Shown here: positions 1 through 8,923 of the stretch, one piece after another
How positions within the stretch are numbered: the stretch's first letter is position 1
How the letters are laid out: the number at the start of each line of letters is the position of its first letter
NCBI GenBank assembly: GCA_003854995.1
Contig: RQOI01000640.1
Coordinates: forward strand, 1-51,781
Direction of reading: 5' to 3'
Source of the DNA: Candidatus Zhuqueibacterota bacterium
Lineage (GTDB): Bacteria > Zhuqueibacterota > Zhuqueibacteria > Residuimicrobiales > Krinioviventaceae
DNA length: 51,781 nucleotides
Notes under the pieces: generated by a model
What the model was told of the DNA's origin: nothing
The model's input: the letters and a program-made list of their open reading frames with translations, nothing else
Database searches by the model: none
Translations under genes and position numbers: made by a program

Positions 1-407
1 GCCAGATCATCGACCGAGAGCCAGACATGCTTGTTGTCGTCAAAGGATTCAATGATGAAAGTATAGGGGGTGTGCAGTCCATTGGCAATGAACTCCAGGT
101 GCATGGTGGCCTTGTCGGATGCCCAGCGCATTTGCGCGAGTGGCTCGATGACCTGCGCCCTGTTTTCCAGCAGCTGTTGCAGCTCGTAGAACTCGATGCT
201 GGTGTCGGACGCTCGGTCGAAGAGCGCGCCTATTTCAATTTCGCCATTTTGCAGCAGCGAAATGGTCGGCTGCAACGTCCGGCGCCGGACGACGAAGGCT
301 GATAGACGCATGCGGCGCGCTTGGCGGAGCAAGAGCTGAACAAAGTCGCGGTCGTACTCCCAGTCCGTGGCGATTAAAAGATCGACATGTTTTATTGAGC
401 TGCTCAT
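1..407 (-). CDS. 5' part of a gene running off the left window edge; hypothetical protein with a weak ATP-grasp-like N-terminal pattern
   Basis: Absent from the ORF track because it has no stop in the window. Reading the reverse complement from the ATG (complement of 405-407) stays open for 135 codons to position 1. Product: MSSSIKHVDLLIATDWEYDRDFVQLLLRQARRMRLSAFVV...WASDKATMHLEFIANGLHTPYTFIIESFDDNKHVWLSVDDL. The DK..M..L....G...P.T pattern resembles the start of ATP-grasp domains. It lies on the same strand, 76 nt downstream of the aminotransferase gene. Preferred over the overlapping plus-strand ORF 27..302. Confidence 0.4.
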   Translation of the reverse strand, partial: MSSSIKHVDLLIATDWEYDRDFVQLLLRQARRMRLSAFVVRRRTLQPTISLLQNGEIEIGALFDRASDTSIEFYELQQLLENRAQVIEPLAQMRWASDKATMHLEFIANGLHTPYTFIIESFDDNKHVWLSVDDL

Positions 408-483
408 AAAAAAAGACTGTGCCTCAAACTGTTACTGCTGCGTTCGCGTGCCAGGCTCGCGCGCATCCGTGCTATTTCGTCGA

Positions 484-1818
484 TCAGGCGCGGGCGATCT
501 CAGCGCTGTGGTGGTGTATTTTATGCAGCGCGTTCAGGATGTCGTCCATATCTTCCTTGTCACCCAGCAGCAGGTTTTGCCCAATGGCCAGCGTCGTCTT
601 ACAGACCTGTCTGTTGCCCTGCAAGTCGTGCAGACTCTCGCGATACTCTTTTAAGCGCTGTTCAGAGAAGAGGCGTTTGTAGCCGCGCGACTGAATCGCC
701 TCGTCGATGAGGCCGTCAAAGTAGAGTTCATGGTAACCGGGTCTGAATGGAATTCCTTCGGCATCCATGGCCTGGACAAATTTTGCAATGGGCAGTCCGT
801 TGAATTGCTCGGCATCGTAGCGAATCGGAAAGAGGTGCCAGACCGCACGGCTGTTTTCCGGTAGCCGCACCGGATGAATGCCGGGGAGGTCCAATTGCCG
901 CATCAGATAAGCAGCATTTTCCTGTCGGCGTCTTGTCTCCTCCTGCAGCTTGTCGATTTGCTGGATCAGCATCACCGCCTGCACCTGCTGCATGCGGCGA
1001 TTGCTGCCGCGGGTGAAATACTGCGTCGCGCCGTTCGACGCACCGTATGCCCGGCCGCAGTTGTGAAATGAATGACAGCGATCCATGATCAGATCGTCAT
1101 CGCCGGTGATGGCTCCGCCCTCGCCGGTGGGGAGGTGCTTTGAGTTTTGAAAGCTGAAACAGCCCAAATCGCCGAGCGTACCGCATTTTTTCCCCTTATA
1201 GTCGGCCAGCCACGCCTGGCAGGCATCCTCGATGACGACCAGGCCATGTCTCTTGGCAATATCATTGATCGGATCCATGTCGCACGGCAGACCATAGATG
1301 TGAACCGGCATAATCGCGGTCGTTCTCTCGGTGATCTTTGCTTCGATGGTTTGGGGATCGATCGTCAGGGTCTCGACATCTGTGTCGGCAAACACGGGCA
1401 GCGCTCTGCTCAGCAAGATCGAGTTGTAGGAAGCGATGAAGGTGAAGGGCGAGACGATCACCTCATCGCCGGCATCAACGCCCAGGACATGCATGCTGAC
1501 CAGCAGCGCGGTCGTGCCGCTGGCAGTGGCGAGACAGCGTTTGGCGCCAATGAGTTCGGCATAGGCTCTTTCGAAATCCGCTACGTGTTCGCCCCGGCCG
1601 CGCCACCAGCTGCCGCTGCGCATGACTTGAATGACTTTTTGCTCCCATTCCTGCCGCCAGATCGGCCAGTTTGGCCATTCGCGCGTCCGCACCGGTGCGC
1701 CGCCCAGCAGCGCTGGTCTGGTTGCCTGCGATGTCAAGATGGTCGGCGCCAGCGCCATCGCAGCTGAGCCGACCGCGGTCTTGCGCATAAAAGCGCGTCG
1801 CGATACGTGAATTTTCAT
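484..1818 (-). CDS. Tat-signal-bearing DegT/DnrJ/EryC1/StrS-family PLP-dependent aminotransferase
   Basis: ORF 484..1965 trimmed to the internal ATG (complement of 1816-1818). That ATG is directly preceded by AGAGGAGGAGAG (complement of 1819-1830). The product starts MKIHVSRRAFMRKTAVGSAAMALAPTILTSQA, a twin-arginine motif S-R-R-x-F-M-K followed by an h-region. The body carries DegT-family hallmarks: ASGTTAL, DEVIVSPFTF, and the Schiff-base lysine context FSFQNSKHLPTGEGG. Confidence 0.8.
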   Translation of the reverse strand: MKIHVSRRAFMRKTAVGSAAMALAPTILTSQATRPALLGGAPVRTREWPNWPIWRQEWEQKVIQVMRSGSWWRGRGEHVADFERAYAELIGAKRCLATASGTTALLVSMHVLGVDAGDEVIVSPFTFIASYNSILLSRALPVFADTDVETLTIDPQTIEAKITERTTAIMPVHIYGLPCDMDPINDIAKRHGLVVIEDACQAWLADYKGKKCGTLGDLGCFSFQNSKHLPTGEGGAITGDDDLIMDRCHSFHNCGRAYGASNGATQYFTRGSNRRMQQVQAVMLIQQIDKLQEETRRRQENAAYLMRQLDLPGIHPVRLPENSRAVWHLFPIRYDAEQFNGLPIAKFVQAMDAEGIPFRPGYHELYFDGLIDEAIQSRGYKRLFSEQRLKEYRESLHDLQGNRQVCKTTLAIGQNLLLGDKEDMDDILNALHKIHHHSAEIARA

Positions 1819-1946
1819 CTCTCCTCCTCTCCCGGATGAACCGGAGAAATGCATACGAAAGTCCGTGACGCCGCGGGCAGCAGCAGCTTTATCATGGATG
1901 GACAACTCGCCGCTCCAGAACCGCTGCGCCCAGTCTGGCCATCGTT

Positions 1947-4094
1947 TTACTTTTTCTCCAGCCAAAATTCAAAATTGATCAAGCCCAGATCTTGATGAAT
2001 GGATTCTGCATTGCCGAGCATCAGCGCCAAAGTATTCACGTCCGCCATCAGTTCGATGGGCGCCAGTTTTTTACTGTACTGCGTTTGGCTCAGCCGATAG
2101 TCGATGAAGGACAGCGGAGCATCGCCAAATCGATTATAGTTTTTATAAAGCAGTTCGTTCAGGCCTTTTTTGAGCGACAGCTTGAGCACATCCCTGTTCA
2201 GATCATTCTGATTTTTTTGATATTTGAGCAGCAGCTGCTCGCCATTCAGCCACACCTGCAAACCATCATCGCTGCCAATGGCGACCAGATAGTCCATGTC
2301 CTCTCCGGCATAAATCCGTTGATAGAAATAGGTTGGCGCAAAATCACCGTCGTCGCCTGTGATGATCGCAGAGCTCGTCCAGTTAGGTACGATCTGCCAG
2401 CGTTGCATGGTGCGAAGTGACCAGGTGAAGATCGGATCGATTCCGTGCGTTCGGCCGTGCGTTGCGCCAAGACTGCAACCTTCAAATCCGCCGATTTTGA
2501 ACAATCGGTCGATTTGTAATGGCGATGAGTCGTTTATCGGCTCTGGCTGTGACCTGTCCAGGAGTACGGTGTGACTCTGGCCATCGATTGTGAGAAGCAG
2601 TGCCTTGCCCGCTTCCTGTTCGGTGTAGCGCATCATCGGGACATATTCAGCTCTTTCAGCCGCTTCGATGTTCCACGTCCTTTTCACCGTGGTGCGGAGG
2701 CTGGAGTAATATTCCGGTTGGCTGAAACTATATGATTCGACCGCAGTGTCAGAGGTCAGCTCGATCTTGTCGGCCGCGTCCAGGATGCGAGCCGGCCGGA
2801 TCTTCAATTGGCCGTCGTACTCCACAGCAATGACCGTCACCGCAGAGTCTCTTTCAATGTCCTTGGATGCAGTGAGAATCTGACCATCTTCAAACGGCGC
2901 CGCTGACAGCTGTTGCTTTTCATCTTTCAGTAAATAGGCTCTGGTGATCGCATTTTGCAGTCCTGGCAGCTTGAAGATATTATCAGCAGGCCAATCCACC
3001 ACATGCAGATAGATGATGCCCTCTTTGCAGGTGGCGTCGGCACAGTGCAGGTTGTCAAAAGGATTGGCCTCTGTGCCGTAAATGGCATCGCCATTGACTT
3101 TCAGCCAGTCGCCGATACCGCGCAGGACATCGGCCTCAAAGGGCACCACTGCACCATCGCCCATGGGACCGATGTTGAGGAGATAGGCGCCGCCACGCGA
3201 CACCACTCGCACCAGCGCGCGTATTTTTTCAACCACTTTTTCCTGGTCATCGCCGCGTTCCTGCCACGACCGATAGCCCCAGGTCTCGGGAAACATCGAT
3301 GCCGGCGACTGCCAGGGCAGCTCCATCTTGAATCCCGGAGAGAAATTATCGCCCATGACATTGAAATCGCCTTGATCATTGGAGATGCGGCCGCTCACCA
3401 GGCAGAAGGGCTGATGCTGGCGCACGATGCCGGCAAAACGTTTGCTCTGCTCCGCTGTTGGCGCACCCATGTCAAACCACAGTTCGCTGATTGGACCATA
3501 TTTTGTCACCAGCTCGGCGATCTGCTGGGCATTGTATTCTTCGTGTTTGGCCGGAATCTGGTCAGAATTGTGACTGGAGATCCGAGCCTCAGGCAAGTTC
3601 CAGTCTATCAGGGAGTAATACAATCCCAGTTTGAGGCCATGGCGCTCGCAGGCTTTTGCCAGCTCCTTGACGACATCACGACCGAACGGCGTGGCATCCG
3701 CGATGTTAAAATCGGAATAGTCGCTGTCGAACATGTTGAAACCGTCGTGATGTTTGGCGGTGAAGACGATGGAGCGCATTCCCGCTGCTTTGGCCAGCTC
3801 GCATATGGCATTCGCATCCCAGTTCACGGGATTGAAATCCTGCGCCAATGCGGCGTATTCTTCCCGGCTGATATTGGCATGCGCGCGGATCTGTTCGCTG
3901 TATCCTCTGCTGACGCGTTCGCCCTTCCACTCACCACCCAGCGTCGAATACAATCCCCAATGGATGAACAGGGAAAATTTGTCCTCGCGCCACTGTTCAA
4001 CTGCTTCTTCCTTTGAACGCGGTTGCTGTGGCGTCGTGCAGGTGAGCAGCGTGAGTGAAAAACATCCCATCACTAGAGTGAAATAAAACTTCAT
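1947..4094 (-). CDS. GH29 alpha-L-fucosidase, lipoprotein, with a C-terminal PA14/galactose-binding-like domain
   Basis: Signal with lipobox-like LTLLTC. GH29 motifs FIHWGLYS, TAKHHDGFNMFDS and WFDMG. The C-terminal third contains GSDDGLQVWLNGEQLL, typical of PA14-like beta-sandwich modules. Confidence 0.85.
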   Translation of the reverse strand: MKFYFTLVMGCFSLTLLTCTTPQQPRSKEEAVEQWREDKFSLFIHWGLYSTLGGEWKGERVSRGYSEQIRAHANISREEYAALAQDFNPVNWDANAICELAKAAGMRSIVFTAKHHDGFNMFDSDYSDFNIADATPFGRDVVKELAKACERHGLKLGLYYSLIDWNLPEARISSHNSDQIPAKHEEYNAQQIAELVTKYGPISELWFDMGAPTAEQSKRFAGIVRQHQPFCLVSGRISNDQGDFNVMGDNFSPGFKMELPWQSPASMFPETWGYRSWQERGDDQEKVVEKIRALVRVVSRGGAYLLNIGPMGDGAVVPFEADVLRGIGDWLKVNGDAIYGTEANPFDNLHCADATCKEGIIYLHVVDWPADNIFKLPGLQNAITRAYLLKDEKQQLSAAPFEDGQILTASKDIERDSAVTVIAVEYDGQLKIRPARILDAADKIELTSDTAVESYSFSQPEYYSSLRTTVKRTWNIEAAERAEYVPMMRYTEQEAGKALLLTIDGQSHTVLLDRSQPEPINDSSPLQIDRLFKIGGFEGCSLGATHGRTHGIDPIFTWSLRTMQRWQIVPNWTSSAIITGDDGDFAPTYFYQRIYAGEDMDYLVAIGSDDGLQVWLNGEQLLLKYQKNQNDLNRDVLKLSLKKGLNELLYKNYNRFGDAPLSFIDYRLSQTQYSKKLAPIELMADVNTLALMLGNAESIHQDLGLINFEFWLEKK

Positions 4095-4169
4095 GGCGTT
4101 ACCTGGCTTTCAGCAATACCTGTGATTAAAGATAGCAGTCTTTTTCATTGATGTCAAGGTTAACCCGTT

Positions 4170-5504
4170 TTAATAGGTGTGTCCGTGAACATGCGCTGCT
4201 CTGAAGCCAAAGATGGTAATGACGGCAAAGCAGATCAACGGCAGCACAAATGAAGCGCGCGTGCTGGACAGCATCGTGCCGCCGATATTAAAATCGTTCA
4301 TGTCCATGATCGCTGCCTGCAGGGGCGGCATGATCGAGCCGCCGCCGATCGCCATGATCAGACCGGCCGCGCCGAGCTTGGCGTCGTCGCCGAGACCCTT
4401 GAGCGCAATGCCGTAGATGGTGGGGAACATCAGCGACATGCAGGCAGAGACGCCGATGAGGCAATAGAGTCCGGCCATCCCATGAATGAATATCGTGCCC
4501 AGAATCAGTGCGAAACCGCCGATCGCCAGGCTCATCAGCAGGTCGCCGGGACTAAAGTATTTCAATAAATAGGTGCAGATGAAGCGGCTGCTGCAAAAAA
4601 TGGCCATGGCGATGATGTTATAGCCTTGCGCCGTCTCTTTCGCCATGCCCAGTTCGTTCATCGCATACTGGATGATAAAGGTCCAGCACATGATCTGCAC
4701 GCCGACATAGAACGTCTGAGCGACCACGCCCTCGATATATTTCTTGTTGCTCCACAAGCGGTTGAGTGTGGCTTTGAGATCGAGATTTTTTTCATCCTCG
4801 CCTGCGCTGCGCGGCAATTTTGATAGCAGAAAGATGACGAAAAATATCAATACGATGAATCCGATGGCGACATAGGGTCCGCGCAAAATGGAGAGATCGT
4901 GTACCTGCAATGCCCTGAATTGCTCGGGCGCCGAACGAGCGATGATCGCGCGTTCCGCCTCGGCTGTTTTGTCCAGGCGGGCCAGAATGAGCTGCTGCGC
5001 CGTAAACATGCCGATCAATGAGCCGATCGGATTGAACGCCTGGGCGAAATTGAGCCGACGAGTGGCATTTTCTTCCGGGCCCATGGCGAGAATATAGGGA
5101 TTGGCGCTGGTTTCCAAAAAGGAGAGGCCGCACGTCAGGATGAAATAAGAGATCAAAAACGGCCAGAACGCCATGAGATGGCTGGAGGGAATGAACAGCA
5201 GGGCGCCGGCCGAGTAGAGCGCCAGTCCGACCAGAATGCCGCTCTTGTAGGTGAACCGTTTGATGAACAGCGCCGCCGGGATGGCCATGACGCAATACCC
5301 ACCGTAAAAGGCAAATTGCACCAGAGAGCTTTCAAAGTGGCTGATGAGCATGATCTGTTTGAACGCCGCCACCATCGGATTTGTCACGTCATTGGCAAAT
5401 CCCCACAGGGCAAACAGACTGGTCACGAGAATGAAGGGGTAGAGAATCTCGCTCGGAATGACCTTGTTTTTCTCGGTATGGCTCGCGGTTGCATTTGTCA
5501 TCAT
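4170..5504 (-). CDS. fucP: FHS-family MFS sugar:H+ symporter (L-fucose permease FucP / GluP-like)
   Basis: ORF 4170..5720 trimmed to MMTNATASH (ATG at complement of 5502-5504), which has GAGG 9 nt upstream. The longer form would overlap the upstream mutarotase gene. It is 12-TM-like throughout and has the FucP-type N-terminal motif LFALWGFANDVTNPMVAAFKQI. It sits between the mutarotase and the fucosidase. Confidence 0.7.
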   Translation of the reverse strand: MMTNATASHTEKNKVIPSEILYPFILVTSLFALWGFANDVTNPMVAAFKQIMLISHFESSLVQFAFYGGYCVMAIPAALFIKRFTYKSGILVGLALYSAGALLFIPSSHLMAFWPFLISYFILTCGLSFLETSANPYILAMGPEENATRRLNFAQAFNPIGSLIGMFTAQQLILARLDKTAEAERAIIARSAPEQFRALQVHDLSILRGPYVAIGFIVLIFFVIFLLSKLPRSAGEDEKNLDLKATLNRLWSNKKYIEGVVAQTFYVGVQIMCWTFIIQYAMNELGMAKETAQGYNIIAMAIFCSSRFICTYLLKYFSPGDLLMSLAIGGFALILGTIFIHGMAGLYCLIGVSACMSLMFPTIYGIALKGLGDDAKLGAAGLIMAIGGGSIMPPLQAAIMDMNDFNIGGTMLSSTRASFVLPLICFAVITIFGFRAAHVHGHTY

Positions 5505-5526
5505 ATTCTGGCCTCGTTTGTGCTCG

Positions 5527-5919
5527 TTAGCATTCTTTATCATATCCCTGTTCAGGAGTGGATTCTTTTTGTTGCTCCAGCTCATAAATTCGCTCCATGA
5601 GGCGCCATTTGTCCGCTGCTGCGGCTTCGGCGCTGGTCCGTTGAAATCTGGACACATATGCCTCCCATTCAGCCTGGCGCGGCATAGTCGCGAGCGCAGC
5701 CATCGCTGCCTCGTGGTCAAATTCAGGCACCGTATCCATGATCATGAACAGCTGGTTGCCGTCAATGTAAATCTCCATATCGATGATGCCGATCTCCTGC
5801 ATGCCCTGGCTGATCTCCGGCCAGGCCGCGCCCATCGCATGGACCTTTTTATATTCTCTGATGAGATCGGGATCATCGTGCAGCTTGAGGGTCTTGCAAT
5901 AACGTTTGAATTTTTTCAT
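5527..5919 (-). CDS. RhaM/RhaU-type (DUF718) L-fucose/L-rhamnose mutarotase
   Basis: Trimmed to MKKFKRYCKTLKLHDDPDLIREYKKVHA..AWPEI....GI.DMEIYIDGNQLFMIMD, which follows the L-rhamnose mutarotase family pattern. It is about 130 aa with an ATG at complement of 5917-5919. Confidence 0.65.
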   Translation of the reverse strand: MKKFKRYCKTLKLHDDPDLIREYKKVHAMGAAWPEISQGMQEIGIIDMEIYIDGNQLFMIMDTVPEFDHEAAMAALATMPRQAEWEAYVSRFQRTSAEAAAADKWRLMERIYELEQQKESTPEQGYDKEC

Positions 5920-5948
5920 GCGCGCTCCTGCGGTTTTGATTGCATCAG

Positions 5949-7190
5949 TCAATTGCCAATGAACAACGGCTTGAGATGGCGCACAAAAAGGTTGGCGGTC
6001 ACATTTTCCGCCACAACTTTTTCGTACTTTTTCACCGCCTCCAGATAATGATCTCCCATTTCGGCCGCGATCTTGTAGCCGACATGCAGCAATTGTCTAA
6101 AATTCGGGTTATAGAACTCATGCTGCTGATCATGTCGCAGCGCGTCGGCGTAGTGCTGGCTGTCCCACCTGTCCACATCATCCGGCGTTGGAAGGAGATG
6201 CTCATCAATATCGACCACTGACGCGTACGGTTTGATCAGCTCGTCAGCGCGTTCAAATGCGCCACGATAGATTCTTTTAGCGATGTCCAGTCCATCGCCG
6301 CCGGCGACGGCCAGGCCAATGAGTTCTTCCAGCCATGTCGTGCCCGCTGTTTTGATGTGCAAGCCGGCGTCGAAATTGAGCATCGCCTGGCGGATGGGAC
6401 CATAGATGGAAAATTTGTCGCTGCCGGAATGGACGCTGAGTTTGAGAGTCGCTGGCAGGGAGAACTCCCGGATGGCAAACTGAATGACAGCCAGATGCTG
6501 TTCAAACTCTCTGGCAAACCGCTCGAGATCGCCGACATAGTCGACTCCCTTGTTGAATCGGCCGGTGAATTTGGGGGCAATCGTCTGGATGGGTATTCCT
6601 CGCTGCGCAATGGCCGCCAGGATGAAGAACAGTTCCACGGGCGATTGCGGTGCGTCGGTTTCGTCCATTGAAATTTCAGCGACGAACTGAATTTTTCGCG
6701 CCGCGATGTGCTGATAGATGCGCCCCGCTTCTTCGATGGCGGCCAGGTATTTTTCGCCGATATGGCGGAGCAGATTCTCAGTGGCCTGCAAGGTCTCTTC
6801 CAGCCCGGGGATGAGCCTGCCATGATATTCTCTGTTTTGCTCCACAAATGTCTGAATGACGGTGGGATCAGCTTTGACGCCGATGACATCGGCGACATCG
6901 AGGGTGAAAAAATCGCTCACCGTGATGAACGGATCAATGATCTTCAAGTTGACATGATCGGCATCGACAAAGTATGGCCCGTCCCAGGCGAGCGCGCCGA
7001 CGGCCGCGTCCGCTTCGGCGCGAGTGTCCGCCGGCTCTGAATGAATGATTGCGTGTTCCCGGAATGATTTATTCCATACCGGCGTCACCTGCACACCAAG
7101 TTGCCTCGCTTGCAAAATGGCGTCGAGCTGCGCCTTCCCCTGCTGACCAAAACGGTCGCCAATGCCGATGGAGTATTTTCCGATTTTCAT
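5949..7190 (-). CDS. UxaE-like (tagaturonate/fructuronate epimerase family) TIM-barrel protein; substrate uncertain
   Basis: Motifs SIGIGDRFG near the N-terminus, FVDADHV, EISMDETD, LSVHSGSDKFSIY and HIKTAGTTWLEE. These match my recollection of the UxaE family signature (GDRLG ... DADH ... DET ... HSGSDKFS.Y ... KTAGTS.LEA). The family call needs an HMM check. Confidence 0.5.
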   Translation of the reverse strand: MKIGKYSIGIGDRFGQQGKAQLDAILQARQLGVQVTPVWNKSFREHAIIHSEPADTRAEADAAVGALAWDGPYFVDADHVNLKIIDPFITVSDFFTLDVADVIGVKADPTVIQTFVEQNREYHGRLIPGLEETLQATENLLRHIGEKYLAAIEEAGRIYQHIAARKIQFVAEISMDETDAPQSPVELFFILAAIAQRGIPIQTIAPKFTGRFNKGVDYVGDLERFAREFEQHLAVIQFAIREFSLPATLKLSVHSGSDKFSIYGPIRQAMLNFDAGLHIKTAGTTWLEELIGLAVAGGDGLDIAKRIYRGAFERADELIKPYASVVDIDEHLLPTPDDVDRWDSQHYADALRHDQQHEFYNPNFRQLLHVGYKIAAEMGDHYLEAVKKYEKVVAENVTANLFVRHLKPLFIGN

Positions 7191-7202
7191 GGAATGCCCT
7201 TT

Positions 7203-8261
7203 TCACTCTTGGAATGAGTCGAGCCATGCGACGGCGGCGTCCCGTTTTTGCGCGCTCGAGACGGCATCGGATGGCAGCCTGGTGAGACGCCAGGAGATGG
7301 TGAAATGGGTCGATTCGCCGGTGCTCAGGCGTGCAAAGGGACTGAGCAGTTCGAGCTCGGTATAGTCCGGGCAGTTGTAGACTTCAGCGCTGAGGCCATT
7401 GTCCGGATAGACGCCCGTTTGCAGTCGGAAGAATTCGCCGATGACAATGTTATCCACAATGGCGGCCAGCCAGAAATCCGAATCGGCGCCGGCTTTTTGT
7501 GAGCTGGTCGGATGTGGAAAGAAGGTCGCCACATCGCCGCTCATGAGCAAATTCGCATCCGCCTGCTGCCATAAATGGATACGATCCTCAAGCCGGCTAT
7601 TAGGATTCAGACGGAGCAAGGCCATCTTCGGCGGCCGAATTTGTGTGACATTCCATATGGTGTACTCAATGGGCTCAACCGAGCTGTTTTGCGCTCTCTT
7701 TGCTTTTCTTATCGTCTGGTTGATCTTGAGCTCGCTGCTGAACGGATCGAGGATGATCTCGCGGATGCTCTGCGCGCCGCAGTAATTCGACACCTGGCTG
7801 CTCAGCCGTACACCGTCAGCGATTTCATCTACCGCATGCGCGCCGCCATCAAACCAGTGGTCTGGCGGCCAGGCATAGCCATTGATGTCGGGGAACTGGC
7901 TCTGCTCCGTCGGCCATACCTTGTCCCCGCCAAAATTAGCCCAGGTGATGGCGCCATTCTCGCGATAGGGTTGACCATAGGGCAGCGTTTTGCCGTAAAA
8001 TGAAGGATTGTTCCACAGAATGTTGGCGCCGTCGACAAAGCCATAATACATGATTCGTCCGATGGCCGGAACGACCACCACCTTGACGAGTCCGTTCGTC
8101 ATTTCATAGGCATCATTCCAGCCGCTATAGGTCGTTTTGGCGACCGTCACTTCACCGGTCGCTTCGGGCGCTGTCGGGCTGTTTGGCTCTGATTCTTTTG
8201 AACACATGATCGACGTAACTCCTAAATAGAGAAAAAGGGCAAGGTGAACAAGATTTTTCAT
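7203..8261 (-). CDS. Secreted lipoprotein, DUF4380 / aldose-epimerase-like beta-sandwich (tentative)
   Basis: ORF trimmed to MKNLVHLALFLYLGVTSIMCSKE (signal plus Cys lipobox). Segments such as VVPAIGRIMYYG and WANFGGDKVWPTEQS resemble DUF4380-type proteins. It lies 12 nt upstream of the UxaE-like gene on the same strand. Confidence 0.45.
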   Translation of the reverse strand: MKNLVHLALFLYLGVTSIMCSKESEPNSPTAPEATGEVTVAKTTYSGWNDAYEMTNGLVKVVVVPAIGRIMYYGFVDGANILWNNPSFYGKTLPYGQPYRENGAITWANFGGDKVWPTEQSQFPDINGYAWPPDHWFDGGAHAVDEIADGVRLSSQVSNYCGAQSIREIILDPFSSELKINQTIRKAKRAQNSSVEPIEYTIWNVTQIRPPKMALLRLNPNSRLEDRIHLWQQADANLLMSGDVATFFPHPTSSQKAGADSDFWLAAIVDNIVIGEFFRLQTGVYPDNGLSAEVYNCPDYTELELLSPFARLSTGESTHFTISWRLTRLPSDAVSSAQKRDAAVAWLDSFQE

Positions 8262-8357
8262 GACGTGTTTGACCTTTCGTTTTTCTATGGGCAAGAGAGA
8301 AAGCAGCGTTTGCCTGATAAGCGCTTTCGCTGTCGCGACGCCTCTTTGCCCGATCGG

Positions 8358-8903
8358 CTATTTCGAAACGAGCAAAGATAGACTGAGCCTGTTCTCAGAA
8401 ATATAGCTGCCGAGCCCTAAATTGAGATCGCGTTCCAGGTTCACCATCGCACCGATAGAAAAGCGCTTGAGCTGATAGTCGATGCGACAGGAGAGATCGA
8501 AAAAGATATCGGCGTGCGCGCCGCCGACGCCTTCATCAACCTTGTATCGTTCGCCAGTGACGCCGATGCCGATCTGTGGTAGTATGACCACGCTGTTTTT
8601 CTGGCATGATTTATAGCCGACGAGCACCTCATTGCTGATATGCAGAAATTCTGCATTTGGATTATCTGTCCGGCCGCCATCCACCCTGTGCGAAGCGTAT
8701 TTTATTTTAAGGTGCGCGATGACGTTGGGGAGTCGCACGGGCACCAAAAGGCCGAATGCTGAACCCGTCGTCGCAATTTCGTCAAAAGCTGCTTTCTGGG
8801 CAAGATAGTGGTCAATGCTGAGGGTAATGGCGCCGATCTCCTCGGCGAGCGACAACGGGACGAGAAAAAGAACAGGAATGAGTATCAAGACAAGGATCTT
8901 CAT
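8358..8903 (-). CDS. Small secreted protein, probable 8-stranded outer-membrane beta-barrel (paralog A)
   Basis: Trimmed to MKILVLILIPVLFLVPLSLAEE (signal peptide). The sequence shows alternating hydrophobic beta-strand patterning. It is clearly paralogous to the neighbouring gene: HLKIKYAS/HLKIKATY, VILPQIGIGV/FVLPQLGFGY, DLSCRIDYQLKRFSIGAMVNLERDL/DLSVWIDYHLETFSAGVMLNFERDL. Confidence 0.5.
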   Translation of the reverse strand: MKILVLILIPVLFLVPLSLAEEIGAITLSIDHYLAQKAAFDEIATTGSAFGLLVPVRLPNVIAHLKIKYASHRVDGGRTDNPNAEFLHISNEVLVGYKSCQKNSVVILPQIGIGVTGERYKVDEGVGGAHADIFFDLSCRIDYQLKRFSIGAMVNLERDLNLGLGSYISENRLSLSLLVSK

Positions 8904-8923
8904 ATGCTCTCCAGGAAGCGATA

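Noticed and set aside
27-302. Plus-strand 91-aa ORF at the left edge
   Set aside because: Its product is low-complexity (Q/L/G/R-rich) with no start context. The opposite strand is open for 135 codons from an ATG at 407 to the window edge and reads like a real protein, so the minus-strand partial CDS is preferred.
1819-1965. N-terminal extensions of tracked ORFs: 484..1965, 4170..5720, 5527..5952, 7203..8294, 34049..34924, 37867..39378, 45447..46985 and 46982..47812
   Set aside because: The extensions overlap upstream genes or lack ribosome-binding sites. Internal ATGs give canonical N-termini (Tat signal, signal peptides, family-typical starts such as MKIAIMGTRGIP and MISLIVNADDFG) and often ATGA-type coupling with the upstream stop.
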